From Candidatus Bathyarchaeota archaeon (GTDB lineage: Archaea > Thermoproteota > Bathyarchaeia > TCS64): DNA of 64,000 nt. The first letter of the stretch is position 1. The number at the start of each line of letters is the position of its first letter. Positions 9,558 to 19,400 of the stretch are shown here, piece after piece. Position numbers and translations under genes: made by a program. Location: positions 512,001-576,000 of the forward strand of contig CAVYVF010000023.1 in the NCBI GenBank assembly GCA_963771885.1, in the 5' to 3' direction. Below the pieces are notes generated by a model. It was not told where the DNA came from. It did no database searches and was given only the letters and a program-made list of their open reading frames with translations.

Positions 9558-9941
9558 TCAAGGCGGGATAGGCTTTTCGGTGTCCCGCCCCTCAACCTCG
9601 TATCTGGGCTCGGAGTCTCCGCCCCAGGGGAAGGGTGTCGGAGTCGTCTTATCGTAGTTCTTGAGAACCCAGGCCCGGAGGCGGAGATCCTTCTCCGTGA
9701 ACGGCCTGCGCTCCCTCTGGTAGAGGACCGCCCTGTAGGGGCTCACGGCGGCGGAGAGCGTGTCGGCGTGGGCGATGACCTCGTCCCTCTGGTCGCCGTA
9801 GAGTGTGAGCTCGACGGCGTCCTTTGGCCGGACTCTCTTCGTGGCTGCGAAGTCGGCGCCCAGCTCCGCCGTGGCGGCCTCGAGGTCGAGGGGCCTCATC
9901 CAGCGGAACCTCGAGTAGTGGTATGGTCTCGACAAGATCAT
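9558..9941 (-). CDS. Hypothetical protein, paralog of 9194..9535
   Basis: Same conserved blocks as the neighbouring ORF, which supports coding status. Confidence 0.8.
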   Translation of the reverse strand: MILSRPYHYSRFRWMRPLDLEAATAELGADFAATKRVRPKDAVELTLYGDQRDEVIAHADTLSAAVSPYRAVLYQRERRPFTEKDLRLRAWVLKNYDKTTPTPFPWGGDSEPRYEVEGRDTEKPIPP

Positions 9942-10030
9942 CTCCGTGATCCCTCAGAAGCGCTGCGTATAGGGATGACGCCTCTCTATATGCTAAACCA
10001 TTTATCGCATGCATCACACAGCGTATCCGT

Positions 10031-11620
10031 GTGAGGGTTTTGAAGTACGACATTTTATTCAAGGGTGGCAGAGTCGTCGACGGCTCGGGGAACACTTGGT
10101 TCCGCGCCGACGTCGGCGTAGTTGGGGACAAGATCGAGGCCGTGGGCGACCTGGGCAGCGCATCAGCGGCGAGGAAGGTGAACGTCAAGGGACACATAGT
10201 CGCCCCGGGCTTTATGGACATACACAGCCATAGCGACGTCCCACTCCTAGTCGATCCGCACGTCGAGTCCAAAGTCTACCAGGGCATCACTGTCGAGGTC
10301 GTCGGCAACTGCGGCAGCAGCGCAGCGCCGATGAACATGTCAGTGAAAGCGTACCGGGAGAAGTACGGCCGCGGCGGCGTCCCCGACGACTTCCAGTACG
10401 ATTGGTCCACGATGAAGAGCTACATGGACAGGGTTGACAGGCAGGGATGCTCTTTCAACGTTGCGACGTGGGTGGGTCACGGCACTGTGCGCCAGAACGT
10501 CATGGGATACGAGGACAGAGTACCCACTGACACCGAGTTGATGAAGATGAGGAAGCTGGTCGCCGACGCGATGCGGGACGGTGCCTACGGCATGAGCACC
10601 GGCCTCATCTACCCGCCAAGCGTCTACGGGAAGACCCCCGAAATAATTGAGCTGGCGAAGGAGTCGGCAAAGCGCGGCGGCATCTACGCGAGCCACATTA
10701 GGGGTGAAGAGGACTACTCCCTCATACCCGCAGTCAAGGAGGCTATTGAGATTGGCGAGAAGGCGAGTCTGCCCGTTCAAATAGCCCACTTCAAGGCATC
10801 CGGTAAGAAGGCGTGGGGTATGGTGAAGCAAAGTCTCGCACTCGTCGAGGAGGCGCGCGCCAGAGGCGTCGACGTCACATACGACCAGTATCCATATATC
10901 GCATCTAGCACGGGGCTCGCCGCGGTGCTCCCCCACTGGGCGCACGAGGGGGGACCCGAGAAGATGATGGAGCGCCTACGCGACCCCGAGCTCCGGAAGA
11001 GGATGTGGAAGGAGCAGAGGATTGACCGCGACTGGGATGGCGTCCTAGTCGTCTTCGCCAAGAACAACCCACAGTACAACGGCAAGACCATCGCCGAGAT
11101 CGCCAAGGAGCAGAAGAAGGCTCCGCAGGAGGCGGCATATGATCTGTTGCTCGCGGAGAACACGGTTGTCCCAGCCGTAATGTTCGGGATGAGTGAGGAA
11201 GACGTGAAGTACGTCATGAGTAGCCCCATCGGGATGATTGGGAGCGACGGCTCCGCCATCAGCCCGAAGGGCATCCTCGGCATAGGTAGACCGCACCCAC
11301 GCTTCTACGGCACCTTCCCCCGCGTCCTCGGCAAGTACGCGCGAGACGAGAAGGTCATCAGCATTGAAGAGGCGGTCCGTAAGATGACGAGCGCCCCCGC
11401 CCAGCGCCTCGGCCTCAAGAACCGCGGCCTGCTCCGCGAGGGCTTCAAGGCGGACATTGTCGTCTTCAACCCGGAGACGGTCAGGGACGAGGCGACCTTC
11501 GCCGACCCCCACAGATTCGCGTCGGGGATACCTTTCGTCGTCTGCAACGGCGTCTTCACCATCGACAAGGGGAGGCACACCGGCGCACTCCCAGGGAAGA
11601 TGCTTAGGAAGGGACAGTGA
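10031..11620 (+). CDS. N-acyl-D-amino-acid deacylase (D-aminoacylase) family amidohydrolase
   Basis: APGFMDIHSHSD, GNCG, STGLIYPP, DQYPY, GSDG, HPRFYGTFPR. Confidence 0.93.
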   Translation: MRVLKYDILFKGGRVVDGSGNTWFRADVGVVGDKIEAVGDLGSASAARKVNVKGHIVAPGFMDIHSHSDVPLLVDPHVESKVYQGITVEVVGNCGSSAAPMNMSVKAYREKYGRGGVPDDFQYDWSTMKSYMDRVDRQGCSFNVATWVGHGTVRQNVMGYEDRVPTDTELMKMRKLVADAMRDGAYGMSTGLIYPPSVYGKTPEIIELAKESAKRGGIYASHIRGEEDYSLIPAVKEAIEIGEKASLPVQIAHFKASGKKAWGMVKQSLALVEEARARGVDVTYDQYPYIASSTGLAAVLPHWAHEGGPEKMMERLRDPELRKRMWKEQRIDRDWDGVLVVFAKNNPQYNGKTIAEIAKEQKKAPQEAAYDLLLAENTVVPAVMFGMSEEDVKYVMSSPIGMIGSDGSAISPKGILGIGRPHPRFYGTFPRVLGKYARDEKVISIEEAVRKMTSAPAQRLGLKNRGLLREGFKADIVVFNPETVRDEATFADPHRFASGIPFVVCNGVFTIDKGRHTGALPGKMLRKGQ

Positions 11621-11669
11621 GCAAGCGCCTTTTACTCCGGCGCGCCCCCCTTTCTCACAGGTACTTATC

Positions 11670-12689
11670 ATGCCTAGAGTCGAGTTTGACGACCGCCTCC
11701 TCGGTAGAATACACGGCTGCCTCGCCGGAGTGGCTGTCGGTGACGCCCTCGGGATGCCTATGGCGGGGTGGACGCCCGGGGAGGTCAGGCGCCGATATGG
11801 AAAGGTCACAACCCTCATCGCTCCCGCCAAGGACCACCCGCTTCACGGTAACCTCCCCCTCGGCTCGATAACAGACGACACCCAACTCACATTGGCGATA
11901 GTCGACATGATACTCGTCGACGGCGCTGTGAGCCGCAGAGGCATGGCGGACCGCATAGTCAACTGGGTCGCCCAGAACAACCTCCTCGAGACACGCATAC
12001 TCGGCCCGAGCACGAAGGCGGCAGTACGCGACTTGATAGCGGGACGCGACCCCTCCGAGACGGGGCGGATGGGAACGACGAACGGCGGGGCTATGAAGAT
12101 AACCCCCATCGGGGTAATCAACGTCGCCCGCCCCATGGCTAAACTCGTCGACGACGTCGAGGAGACCTGCATGCCCACCCACTACACGGGCGTCGCGATA
12201 GCTGCCTCCTGTGCCGTCGCGGCAGCCGTCGCCGAGGCACTCAGACCCGGCGCCACTGTGACTTCAGTAATCTCATCCTCAAGGCGCGCCGCGAGGCTCG
12301 GCGAGGGGCGAGGCGCGCAACTCGCCTACCCCAGTGTTGAGAAGAGGATCACAATGGCGACACGCATCGCACAGAGTAAGACGCCTGAGAGGGCGGCCGA
12401 GGAGCTATACGACAGGATAGGCGCTGACATCTCGAGCAGCGACGCGATACCCACCGCCCTCGGCCTATTCGTAGCCGGCGGGGGAGACCCTATGAAGACG
12501 ATCACACTTACCGCGAACATGGGTGGGGACACCGACACAATAGGCGCCATGGCCGGCGGTATAGCCGGGGCATACGCGGGCATCGGCGACTTCCCGAGGA
12601 GCATCCTCGACACCGTCGAGCGCGTCAACGGCCTCGACCTCGCCGATAAGTCGCGGCACCTACTCGAATACGCGAGGCGATACAGGTGA
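11670..12689 (+). CDS. ADP-ribosylglycohydrolase family protein
   Basis: GDALGMP, TDDT, TNGGAM, GGDTDT. Confidence 0.92.
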   Translation: MPRVEFDDRLLGRIHGCLAGVAVGDALGMPMAGWTPGEVRRRYGKVTTLIAPAKDHPLHGNLPLGSITDDTQLTLAIVDMILVDGAVSRRGMADRIVNWVAQNNLLETRILGPSTKAAVRDLIAGRDPSETGRMGTTNGGAMKITPIGVINVARPMAKLVDDVEETCMPTHYTGVAIAASCAVAAAVAEALRPGATVTSVISSSRRAARLGEGRGAQLAYPSVEKRITMATRIAQSKTPERAAEELYDRIGADISSSDAIPTALGLFVAGGGDPMKTITLTANMGGDTDTIGAMAGGIAGAYAGIGDFPRSILDTVERVNGLDLADKSRHLLEYARRYR

Positions 12690-13636
12690 CCCTGGAACTC
12701 GTAGCCGTCGGCGACAGCACTGTCGACGTCCTCATCCCTGTCCCCCGCTTCCCCACGGCGAACGAGGACAGCGTCCACAGTAGCGGCATGGAGCGGCATA
12801 TGGGGGGTTCGAGCAACTACCTGATAATGGCGAGTCGCCTCGGTCTAAGGGTGGGGATCGCCGACGCGGTGGGAGACGACGACCTTGGCACCTACTATGT
12901 GGCAGGCCTCGAGGCGGAGGGCGTAGACACGACATGCATCAAGACGAGGCGAGGTGGAAGGACGACGGGCTGCGTCGTCCTACTCACCAACACAGGGCAG
13001 CACGCCTACATTGGGCTCGAAGGAGCCTCGCGGACATTCACACCAGCCGAGCTAGACGAGTGCTATATAGCCTCCGCGGGGGCGTTCTTCATGAGCGGCT
13101 ATCCGCTCGCCGAGGAGCCAATCTCCGGCGCGGTGATGAAGGCGCTCAAGGCCGCTAAGGGTGCGGGGAGGCACGTCTTCTTCGACCCCAGCCCCGTTGC
13201 CGACGCAATCAAAGGGGAAGCGCTCCGCGAAGCCGTGAGGTCCACCGATACGCTTATGCTGAATAACAGGGAGCTCGGCCTCGTCGCCTCCGTGCTCGGC
13301 GTAAAACCTGAACCGGGGAGCCTGCTCCGCCTCGGGGTCGGCACAGTCGTGTTGAAGATGGGCGCCGACGGCTGCTCCTTCCACACACAATCGGGTTCCA
13401 AGCACTACGCCGGGTTTAATGTGGACGTCGTAGACACGACCGGGGCGGGCGACTCTTTTGATGCCGCCATCGTCTATGGCACCGTCAAGGACTGGCCGCA
13501 CGTCGACATGGCTACCCTCGCGAATGCCGTGGGCGCCATAAAGGTCGGGAAACGCGGCGCGGGTAGGAACGTGCCGACGCTCGCCGAGGTCAGGGAGTTC
13601 CTGCGGGAACGCGGAGCTTTACCGGACAGGCTTTAG
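12686..13636 (+). CDS. PfkB family carbohydrate kinase
   Basis: GGSSN, VGDD, FFDP, DTTGAGDSF. Confidence 0.92.
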   Translation: MTLELVAVGDSTVDVLIPVPRFPTANEDSVHSSGMERHMGGSSNYLIMASRLGLRVGIADAVGDDDLGTYYVAGLEAEGVDTTCIKTRRGGRTTGCVVLLTNTGQHAYIGLEGASRTFTPAELDECYIASAGAFFMSGYPLAEEPISGAVMKALKAAKGAGRHVFFDPSPVADAIKGEALREAVRSTDTLMLNNRELGLVASVLGVKPEPGSLLRLGVGTVVLKMGADGCSFHTQSGSKHYAGFNVDVVDTTGAGDSFDAAIVYGTVKDWPHVDMATLANAVGAIKVGKRGAGRNVPTLAEVREFLRERGALPDRL

Positions 13637-14748
13637 CTCCTAAACTGGAGCTTGTCCTGTATTGCGCGGGCGAAGTCGCTACGTGTGATAATGCCGACGA
13701 GCTTGCCTTCCTCTATGACGGGTAGTCTGCCGACGCCAGCCTTCGCCAGTTTTATCAGGGCATCCACGGCAGCGTCCCCTGGCCTCGCCCAGATGAGAAC
13801 ATCTGTCCTCTTCATGATGTCACTCACCTTCTTCTCATCCCAGAGCTCCGGTTTGACGCCCCTGAGGTCCTCGTCGGTGATTATACCAAATAGTTCTCCG
13901 CCCTTCATGACCGGAAAGCCGTGGTGCTTCAGCGGCGTAAGGGCGTAGTCCTGAACCTGCTGCAGAGTCATGTCGGGGTCGACCGTCTTGACGTCCCGTG
14001 TCATTATCTCGCCGACTGTGACGCCCGTCAGCGCCTGACTGATGCGGGTCTCATTCATACTCGCCTGAGCGCTACTGTTGATGAAGAGGCCGATGAAGAG
14101 TAGCCAGATGCCGCTAAAGTCGGCGTAGAAGAGTGTCTGGGCTAGGCCGAGGCCTATGAAGCCGAAGCTAATGAGCCTCGAGATGCCGGTGACCGTCCTC
14201 GTCGCCTTCAGCACGTCCTTGTTCCGGCCCCAGATGAAGCCCCTAAGGACTCTACCGCCGTCCATGGGAAAGGCGGGGATGAGGTTGAAAAGCGCGAGAA
14301 TTATGTTAATGTAACCGGCGTACTCGATAACCGCCGAGACGGCGATGGGAAGGATGCTCCCAGCATACGTATGGATGGCTGTGAAAACGACGCTGAGAAG
14401 GACGCTTGTGAGCGGCCCAGCCGCGGCCATCCGGAGTTCGGCCCCTGGCTCGTGGGCTTCCTCCGCTATCTCGGAGACTCCGCCTAGGAAGTAGAGGGTG
14501 ATGCTGTTTACGGGTATCTTGTACCTCTGAGCCACGACGCTGTGGGCGACCTCATGAATGAGCACGGATATGAATAGCATGAGGGCGGATGCGGCGCCGA
14601 CGCCCCAATAAAAGGTGTCGCTCTGCCCAGGGTAACCAAGGGGAAGGTAGCCCCACGCCAGTGACCACGTCAGGAAGGCGAAGATTAGGAACCACGAGTA
14701 GTGTAGGCGAACTTCGACACCTGCGAGGCGGCCGATCTTCAACGACAA
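13633..14748 (-). CDS. Site-2 protease (M50) with CBS domains
   Basis: HEVAH, FNLIPAFPMDGGR, C-terminal CBS pair. Confidence 0.93.
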   Translation of the reverse strand: MSLKIGRLAGVEVRLHYSWFLIFAFLTWSLAWGYLPLGYPGQSDTFYWGVGAASALMLFISVLIHEVAHSVVAQRYKIPVNSITLYFLGGVSEIAEEAHEPGAELRMAAAGPLTSVLLSVVFTAIHTYAGSILPIAVSAVIEYAGYINIILALFNLIPAFPMDGGRVLRGFIWGRNKDVLKATRTVTGISRLISFGFIGLGLAQTLFYADFSGIWLLFIGLFINSSAQASMNETRISQALTGVTVGEIMTRDVKTVDPDMTLQQVQDYALTPLKHHGFPVMKGGELFGIITDEDLRGVKPELWDEKKVSDIMKRTDVLIWARPGDAAVDALIKLAKAGVGRLPVIEEGKLVGIITRSDFARAIQDKLQFRS

Positions 14749-14855
14749 TGGGATCGTGGGCTGGTTTGGAAGCGATTATTATGAACCTTACCCGGTGCGC
14801 CGGGCGTACTCGTAAATGTCTTATCCGCGAAAAGGCGAGTATCAACCGGATTTTC

Positions 14856-15221
14856 ATGGCAAAGATCGTGATGCGCAAGGATGCCCCGAGACTGGAGACG
14901 GTGAAGGGGCGCCACGGCGAGATACTCATCGCCGGCGAGAAATGTATGATGATGATCAACACAATAGAGCCAAACCTCCCCACGCCGCCTCACAGTCACC
15001 CCCACGAGCAGATAGGCTACCTACAGGAAGGCGAGGGCGACCTCTACATAGGCGACGAGAAGATACACATCAAGGCGCAGTGCAGCTTCGTCGCTCCCGG
15101 AGGCGTCCCCCACAACTTCGACGCAACCGGCAACAAACCCGCCGTCCTCATAGAGTGCTTCGCGCCCCCGAGGGAGGACTACCTCGAACGAGTAGCGAAA
15201 GATGCTAAGAAGAAAAAGTAG
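14856..15221 (+). CDS. Cupin domain protein
   Basis: HSHPHEQ, PGGVPH, FAPPREDY. Confidence 0.88.
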   Translation: MAKIVMRKDAPRLETVKGRHGEILIAGEKCMMMINTIEPNLPTPPHSHPHEQIGYLQEGEGDLYIGDEKIHIKAQCSFVAPGGVPHNFDATGNKPAVLIECFAPPREDYLERVAKDAKKKK

Positions 15222-15680
15222 CTACTTCAGGTTGCCCAGCATCCTGAAGTCCTCCTTCACGGTATTGAGGACGACGTGGGTGTTCGTCCTCTCGATGTCC
15301 GGCATGCTTAGTAGGGCCTTGGGGAACTCGCTTAACTCCTGCCTGTTCTTGAACTTGGCTATAGCTATGCTATCTATCTCGCCGGTGATGTCGTAGACGG
15401 CGCAGACGTAGGGTAGCTTGCTGATCGACTTTTGGACCTCGATGAGCTTGCCGCGAGCCACTGTGATCTCTATGATTACAGTGAGCTCGTAGCCTAGGCG
15501 CTCCCAGTCCACCATAACCGTGTAGTCCTTGACGACCCCCGCCGACTCCAGCCGGCTGATATGGTTGATCACTGTGGCCGTAGAGACGCCTATCGCCTTA
15601 GCCAGCTCCCTCTGGCTTCTCTTCGAGTCCTTGAGCAGTTCCCCTAGGAGCTTCCTGTCTATCTCGTCGAGCATGAACAT
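15222..15680 (-). CDS. Lrp/AsnC family transcriptional regulator
   Basis: LDEIDRKLL HTH; VYDITGEID; paralog of 244..699. Confidence 0.93.
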   Translation of the reverse strand: MFMLDEIDRKLLGELLKDSKRSQRELAKAIGVSTATVINHISRLESAGVVKDYTVMVDWERLGYELTVIIEITVARGKLIEVQKSISKLPYVCAVYDITGEIDSIAIAKFKNRQELSEFPKALLSMPDIERTNTHVVLNTVKEDFRMLGNLK

Positions 15681-15710
15681 TGCTGTTTTACACCTTTAAG
15701 GGTGTACAAG

Positions 15711-15724
15711 TATACACATGTATA
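15711..15724. promoter_or_regulatory. Palindromic operator TATACA-N2-TGTATA (copy 1)
   Basis: tatacacatgtata in the divergent lrp/DMT intergenic region; same motif upstream of glnA. Confidence 0.65.
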
Positions 15725-15776
15725 TGAAACTTGTCATAAGTTTAATATATGTAGATGATAGAAGCGCTTTTCATTA

Positions 15777-16679
15777 ATGGGTGTCGTCTTGGCGTCTGAG
15801 AGAGGTTACGGAACCGCGACCGCGATAACTGTCGCCATCATCTGGGGTCTGAGCTTCGTCGCGGCGAGCGCTATCCTTACGACGATCGCGCCGCTGATAC
15901 TGGCCACTATCCGCTTCATCATAGCAGCGTCTCTCTTCTCACCCGTCATCATCTGGGAGTACCGTAGGGGCAACAGGCCATCTATAACGGACCTGAAGGA
16001 GTTAGCGCTCCTCGGCCTCCTAAGCATGAGCATCTACTTCTGGCTCCAGTACACGGGGGTGCAGTACGCAGGAGCGGGTATCTCGGCGGTGCTCGCTACG
16101 GGTTTCACACCCGTCCTCACCGGAATAGCCGGCACCGTACTGTTGAAGGAGAGAGTCACCGCCAAGAAGGGGGCGGGAATTGCCCTCGGGCTCACGGGAG
16201 TCGCGCTCATAGCCCTACCGAAGATCGTCATCGGCAGCGTCGACTGGCTCTTCCTCCTCGGGGTCGCGTGCCTGCTCGGAAACGCAGTCTGCTGGAGCAT
16301 GTACTCAACGCTGAGTAGGCGGCTGATGAAGAGGATCGGCAACCCCCTCATGGTGACGGCATACACAACCATGTTCGGCCTCCTGTTCCTCATACCGCTC
16401 AGCCTCACCTCGGACTGGGGCGCCGTGGCGCGGCTGACGACGGATCAGTGGTTGAGCATACTATACCTCGCCGTCGTCTGCAGCTGTGTCGGCTACTTCC
16501 TCTGGAACTACACCCTAAGTAAGCTCGAGGCTGTCAAGGCGACGGTGTGGCTCTACCTCGAGCCCGTCGCAGCCTTCATCGGTTCCTTCGCCCTCTTCGG
16601 GCAGGTCCCCACCGCCTTGACCATAGTAGGGGGAGCCGCTATCATCATCGGCGCGTTCCTCACGAACAGGTCCAAGTAA
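15777..16679 (+). CDS. DMT/EamA family transporter
   Basis: IWGLSF, about 10 hydrophobic segments, two EamA repeats, YLEPV. Confidence 0.92.
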   Translation: MGVVLASERGYGTATAITVAIIWGLSFVAASAILTTIAPLILATIRFIIAASLFSPVIIWEYRRGNRPSITDLKELALLGLLSMSIYFWLQYTGVQYAGAGISAVLATGFTPVLTGIAGTVLLKERVTAKKGAGIALGLTGVALIALPKIVIGSVDWLFLLGVACLLGNAVCWSMYSTLSRRLMKRIGNPLMVTAYTTMFGLLFLIPLSLTSDWGAVARLTTDQWLSILYLAVVCSCVGYFLWNYTLSKLEAVKATVWLYLEPVAAFIGSFALFGQVPTALTIVGGAAIIIGAFLTNRSK

Positions 16680-16704
16680 AGCCGATTTAAACAACACTAT
16701 TATC

Positions 16705-16720
16705 CTATACAAATGTATAG
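16705..16720. promoter_or_regulatory. Palindromic operator CTATACA-N2-TGTATAG (copy 2), upstream of the glnA TATA box
   Basis: ctatacaaatgtatag, ~16 bp upstream of tatatatta (16737-16745). Confidence 0.65.
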
Positions 16721-16768
16721 ATAAAACGGGATAAAGTATATATTAAACGTCCGCAACGTACAGGTATT

Positions 16769-18128
16769 ATGACCAAGTCCGATTTGACCCACCCGGACAG
16801 CATCGAGTCCATCATGTCCGAGGTGAAGAGGCGCGATATCCGATACATTCGTCTAATAATCGTCGACCTGAATGGCATGCCGCGCGCCATGCTGATCCCC
16901 GAGTACCAGCTGCCCACCGCCCTCAAGGAGGGTATAGGTTTCGACGGCTCTAGCATGGGACTGGTCAACATCGAGCACAGTGACCTGACCCTACACCCAG
17001 ATCCAGCGCACCTTCATCGCGCCGATGTGGGAAACCCCCGGCGTCGCCGTCATGTTCACCTACCTTAGTAACCCGGACGGCACCCACTTCGAGGGCGACT
17101 GCCGTGGCCGCCTCAAGATGACCCTCGACGAGCTCGAGGAGAAGAACATGGGCCTCAACACGGGTCCGGAGCTCGAGTACTTCTACATCAGCAGGAGCAA
17201 TGGCAGCGTCGCCCCTTACGGGGCGGGCGGCTACTTCTACATACCCCCCATGGACCCGACGGAGGACCTCAAGCTCGACACAATGATCAACCTCGAGGCC
17301 GCTGGGTTCCAGCTCGACAAGATACACCACGAGGTGGGTCAAGGGCAACAGGAGATTAACTTTCGCTATGCCGACGCCCTTAAGACGGCGGATAATGTCG
17401 TCCTCTACAAGCTCGTGGTAAAGACGATCGCTGAGAAGAAGGGCGTCTCCGCGACCTTCATGCCGAAACCATTCTGGGGGATGAATGGGAGCGGCAGCCA
17501 CTACCACCAGAGCATGTTCGACCTGAAGAACGGCAGGAATCTCTTCGGTGACAGGGACAGCGATACAGGTCTGAGCAAGATGGCGTTCCAGTACGTGGCG
17601 GGCATACTCAGCCACGCGAGGGGTATGAGCATGGTCGTCGCCCCCATAGTCAACAGCTACAAGAGGCTCGTGCCCCACTACGAGGCGCCCGTCTACATAG
17701 CCTGGGGCCTCGGCAACAGGTCCGCCATAGTACGCGTGCCCCTCTACCCCGGTGACAAGGCGAAGGTCAGCCGCATCGAGTACAGGCACCCTGACCCAAG
17801 TTGCAATCCCTACCTAGCCACGACCGTTATGCTCAGGGCGGGACTCGACGGCCTGAAGAGGAAGGCGGATCCCCCGGAGATATTCGACGAAAACGTATAC
17901 AACGCATCGGGGCTGGAGACGCTGCCAGAGCACCTCGGCGAGGCCGTCAACGTCTTCGAGAAGGATAAGGTCCTCACGGACGCCCTCGGCGACTACATAA
18001 GCAACAACCTCGTCAAGGCGAAGAGGGCGGAACACGAGGCGTACCTCAAGTACGTGGGCACCGACTGGACCTCGAGCCGCCCACGCATCACACCGTGGGA
18101 GATAGACCGATACCTCGTCACCTGCTAA
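16769..18128 (+). CDS. glnA: Glutamine synthetase type I family, frameshift near 17008
   Basis: GFDGSS, GPELEY, HHEV-x-x-GQQEI, FMPKP, NGSGSH, NSYKRLVPHYEAP, RIEYRHPD. Confidence 0.9.
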
Positions 18129-18525
18129 ATCTGCGGGGGCATCCCATCTCCTCAATCTTCGAGGGGAGATCCTCCAGCTCCCCAACCATCTTTGAATACC
18201 ACTTGTCAAGCATGCCCTTGATAGCCGCCTTGAGCTTCTCCGGGGGCACCGCCGCGTAGACAAATTTGTAGCCTCCGAGGCCTATGAGCTCCTCCTCACG
18301 CGTCGCGAGCCCTTTCTCCACGAGCGACTGTAGGAGCCTCTGCGTTGTGGGACGGCTCTTGTCGAGACGGTCTGCAACCTCCTGGACTGTAGTCTTGCCG
18401 AGACCGGAGAGGGCGCAATATGCCTCGACCTCCGCCGTTTTGACACCGAGGGCGCACCTCATCAGCTCATCGGCGCCTAGCTCGGGGGCGTTTATTATGC
18501 TGCTAAGCTCCCTGAGACTCATCAT
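18118..18525 (-). CDS. TrmB-like winged-helix transcriptional regulator
   Basis: C-x-LG-x-x-x-x-E, TVQEVADRLDKSRPTTQRLLQSLVEKGL, GGYKFVY. Confidence 0.85.
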   Translation of the reverse strand: MMSLRELSSIINAPELGADELMRCALGVKTAEVEAYCALSGLGKTTVQEVADRLDKSRPTTQRLLQSLVEKGLATREEELIGLGGYKFVYAAVPPEKLKAAIKGMLDKWYSKMVGELEDLPSKIEEMGCPRRFSR

Positions 18526-18594
18526 GTTCAATGATGTTGAACACCTTAAAATATCTTTATATCGTCGTATCCCTCTGAGGAAATACGAGAAGAA

Positions 18595-18921
18595 ATGGCA
18601 GAACACAAAACAGTAGAGGTAACCGACGCCTCATTCGACGAGTTCGTCGCGAAGAACAAATTCGCCGTCATAGACTGCTGGGCGGCGTGGTGCGGTCCAT
18701 GCAATATGCTCAGCCCAGTCATCGAGCAGCTCGCAGGCGAGAAGCCCAATATAACCTTCGCCAAGCTAAACGTCGACCAGAACCGGAGCATACCCATGAG
18801 ATACGGAATCATGAGCATACCTACTCTCCTCTACTTCAAGGACGGCAAGCTCGCAGACAAGACCCTCGGCGCCCTGCCGAAAAAGATGCTTGAGGGTAGG
18901 TTAGAGAAACTTACCTCGTAA
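18595..18921 (+). CDS. trxA: Thioredoxin
   Basis: WCGPC active site; IMSIPTL. Confidence 0.95.
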   Translation: MAEHKTVEVTDASFDEFVAKNKFAVIDCWAAWCGPCNMLSPVIEQLAGEKPNITFAKLNVDQNRSIPMRYGIMSIPTLLYFKDGKLADKTLGALPKKMLEGRLEKLTS

Positions 18922-19006
18922 CCCTACATATTCGCACTCGACAGAGGGGTATAGTCGACGATTAGTATCCACGTATCAGGTATGCACACATGGGTTTCTT
19001 AGTGTG

Positions 19007-19306
19007 CTAGTTGTTCCAAATATATGATATGTTAATGGATAATTGATGCAACTTATCAGGGATGTCAAGAGCCAAGAGTATCTCCTGAGTGCTCAATACA
19101 CCCTTGTACGGCTTACCATTTATGAGTAAGGCGGGCACTGTAAGGAGACCGCTCCTCTGGGCGAGCCCTATGTGGTCGGGAAGGGTGTAAATCTGGACCT
19201 TGACGGCAGGGCGATCTTTCTTCACCTGAGCTAAGTTTGCGACGACCTGCTTACACTTCCCGCAGAGTGGGATCCTGAATAGGACTATGTCAGCGTTCTC
19301 CGTCAT
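19007..19306 (-). CDS. Small thioredoxin/glutaredoxin-like protein
   Basis: CGKC motif and TVPALLING cis-Pro loop. Confidence 0.75.
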   Translation of the reverse strand: MTENADIVLFRIPLCGKCKQVVANLAQVKKDRPAVKVQIYTLPDHIGLAQRSGLLTVPALLINGKPYKGVLSTQEILLALDIPDKLHQLSINISYIWNN

Positions 19307-19400
19307 GGATATAGGATCTCGGAGGGGAAATAAAACGGCATCCACGGCGGTAAGGGTTTAATAGAGACACGATCGATTCGAGTGGATAGCTGGCGCAGGC

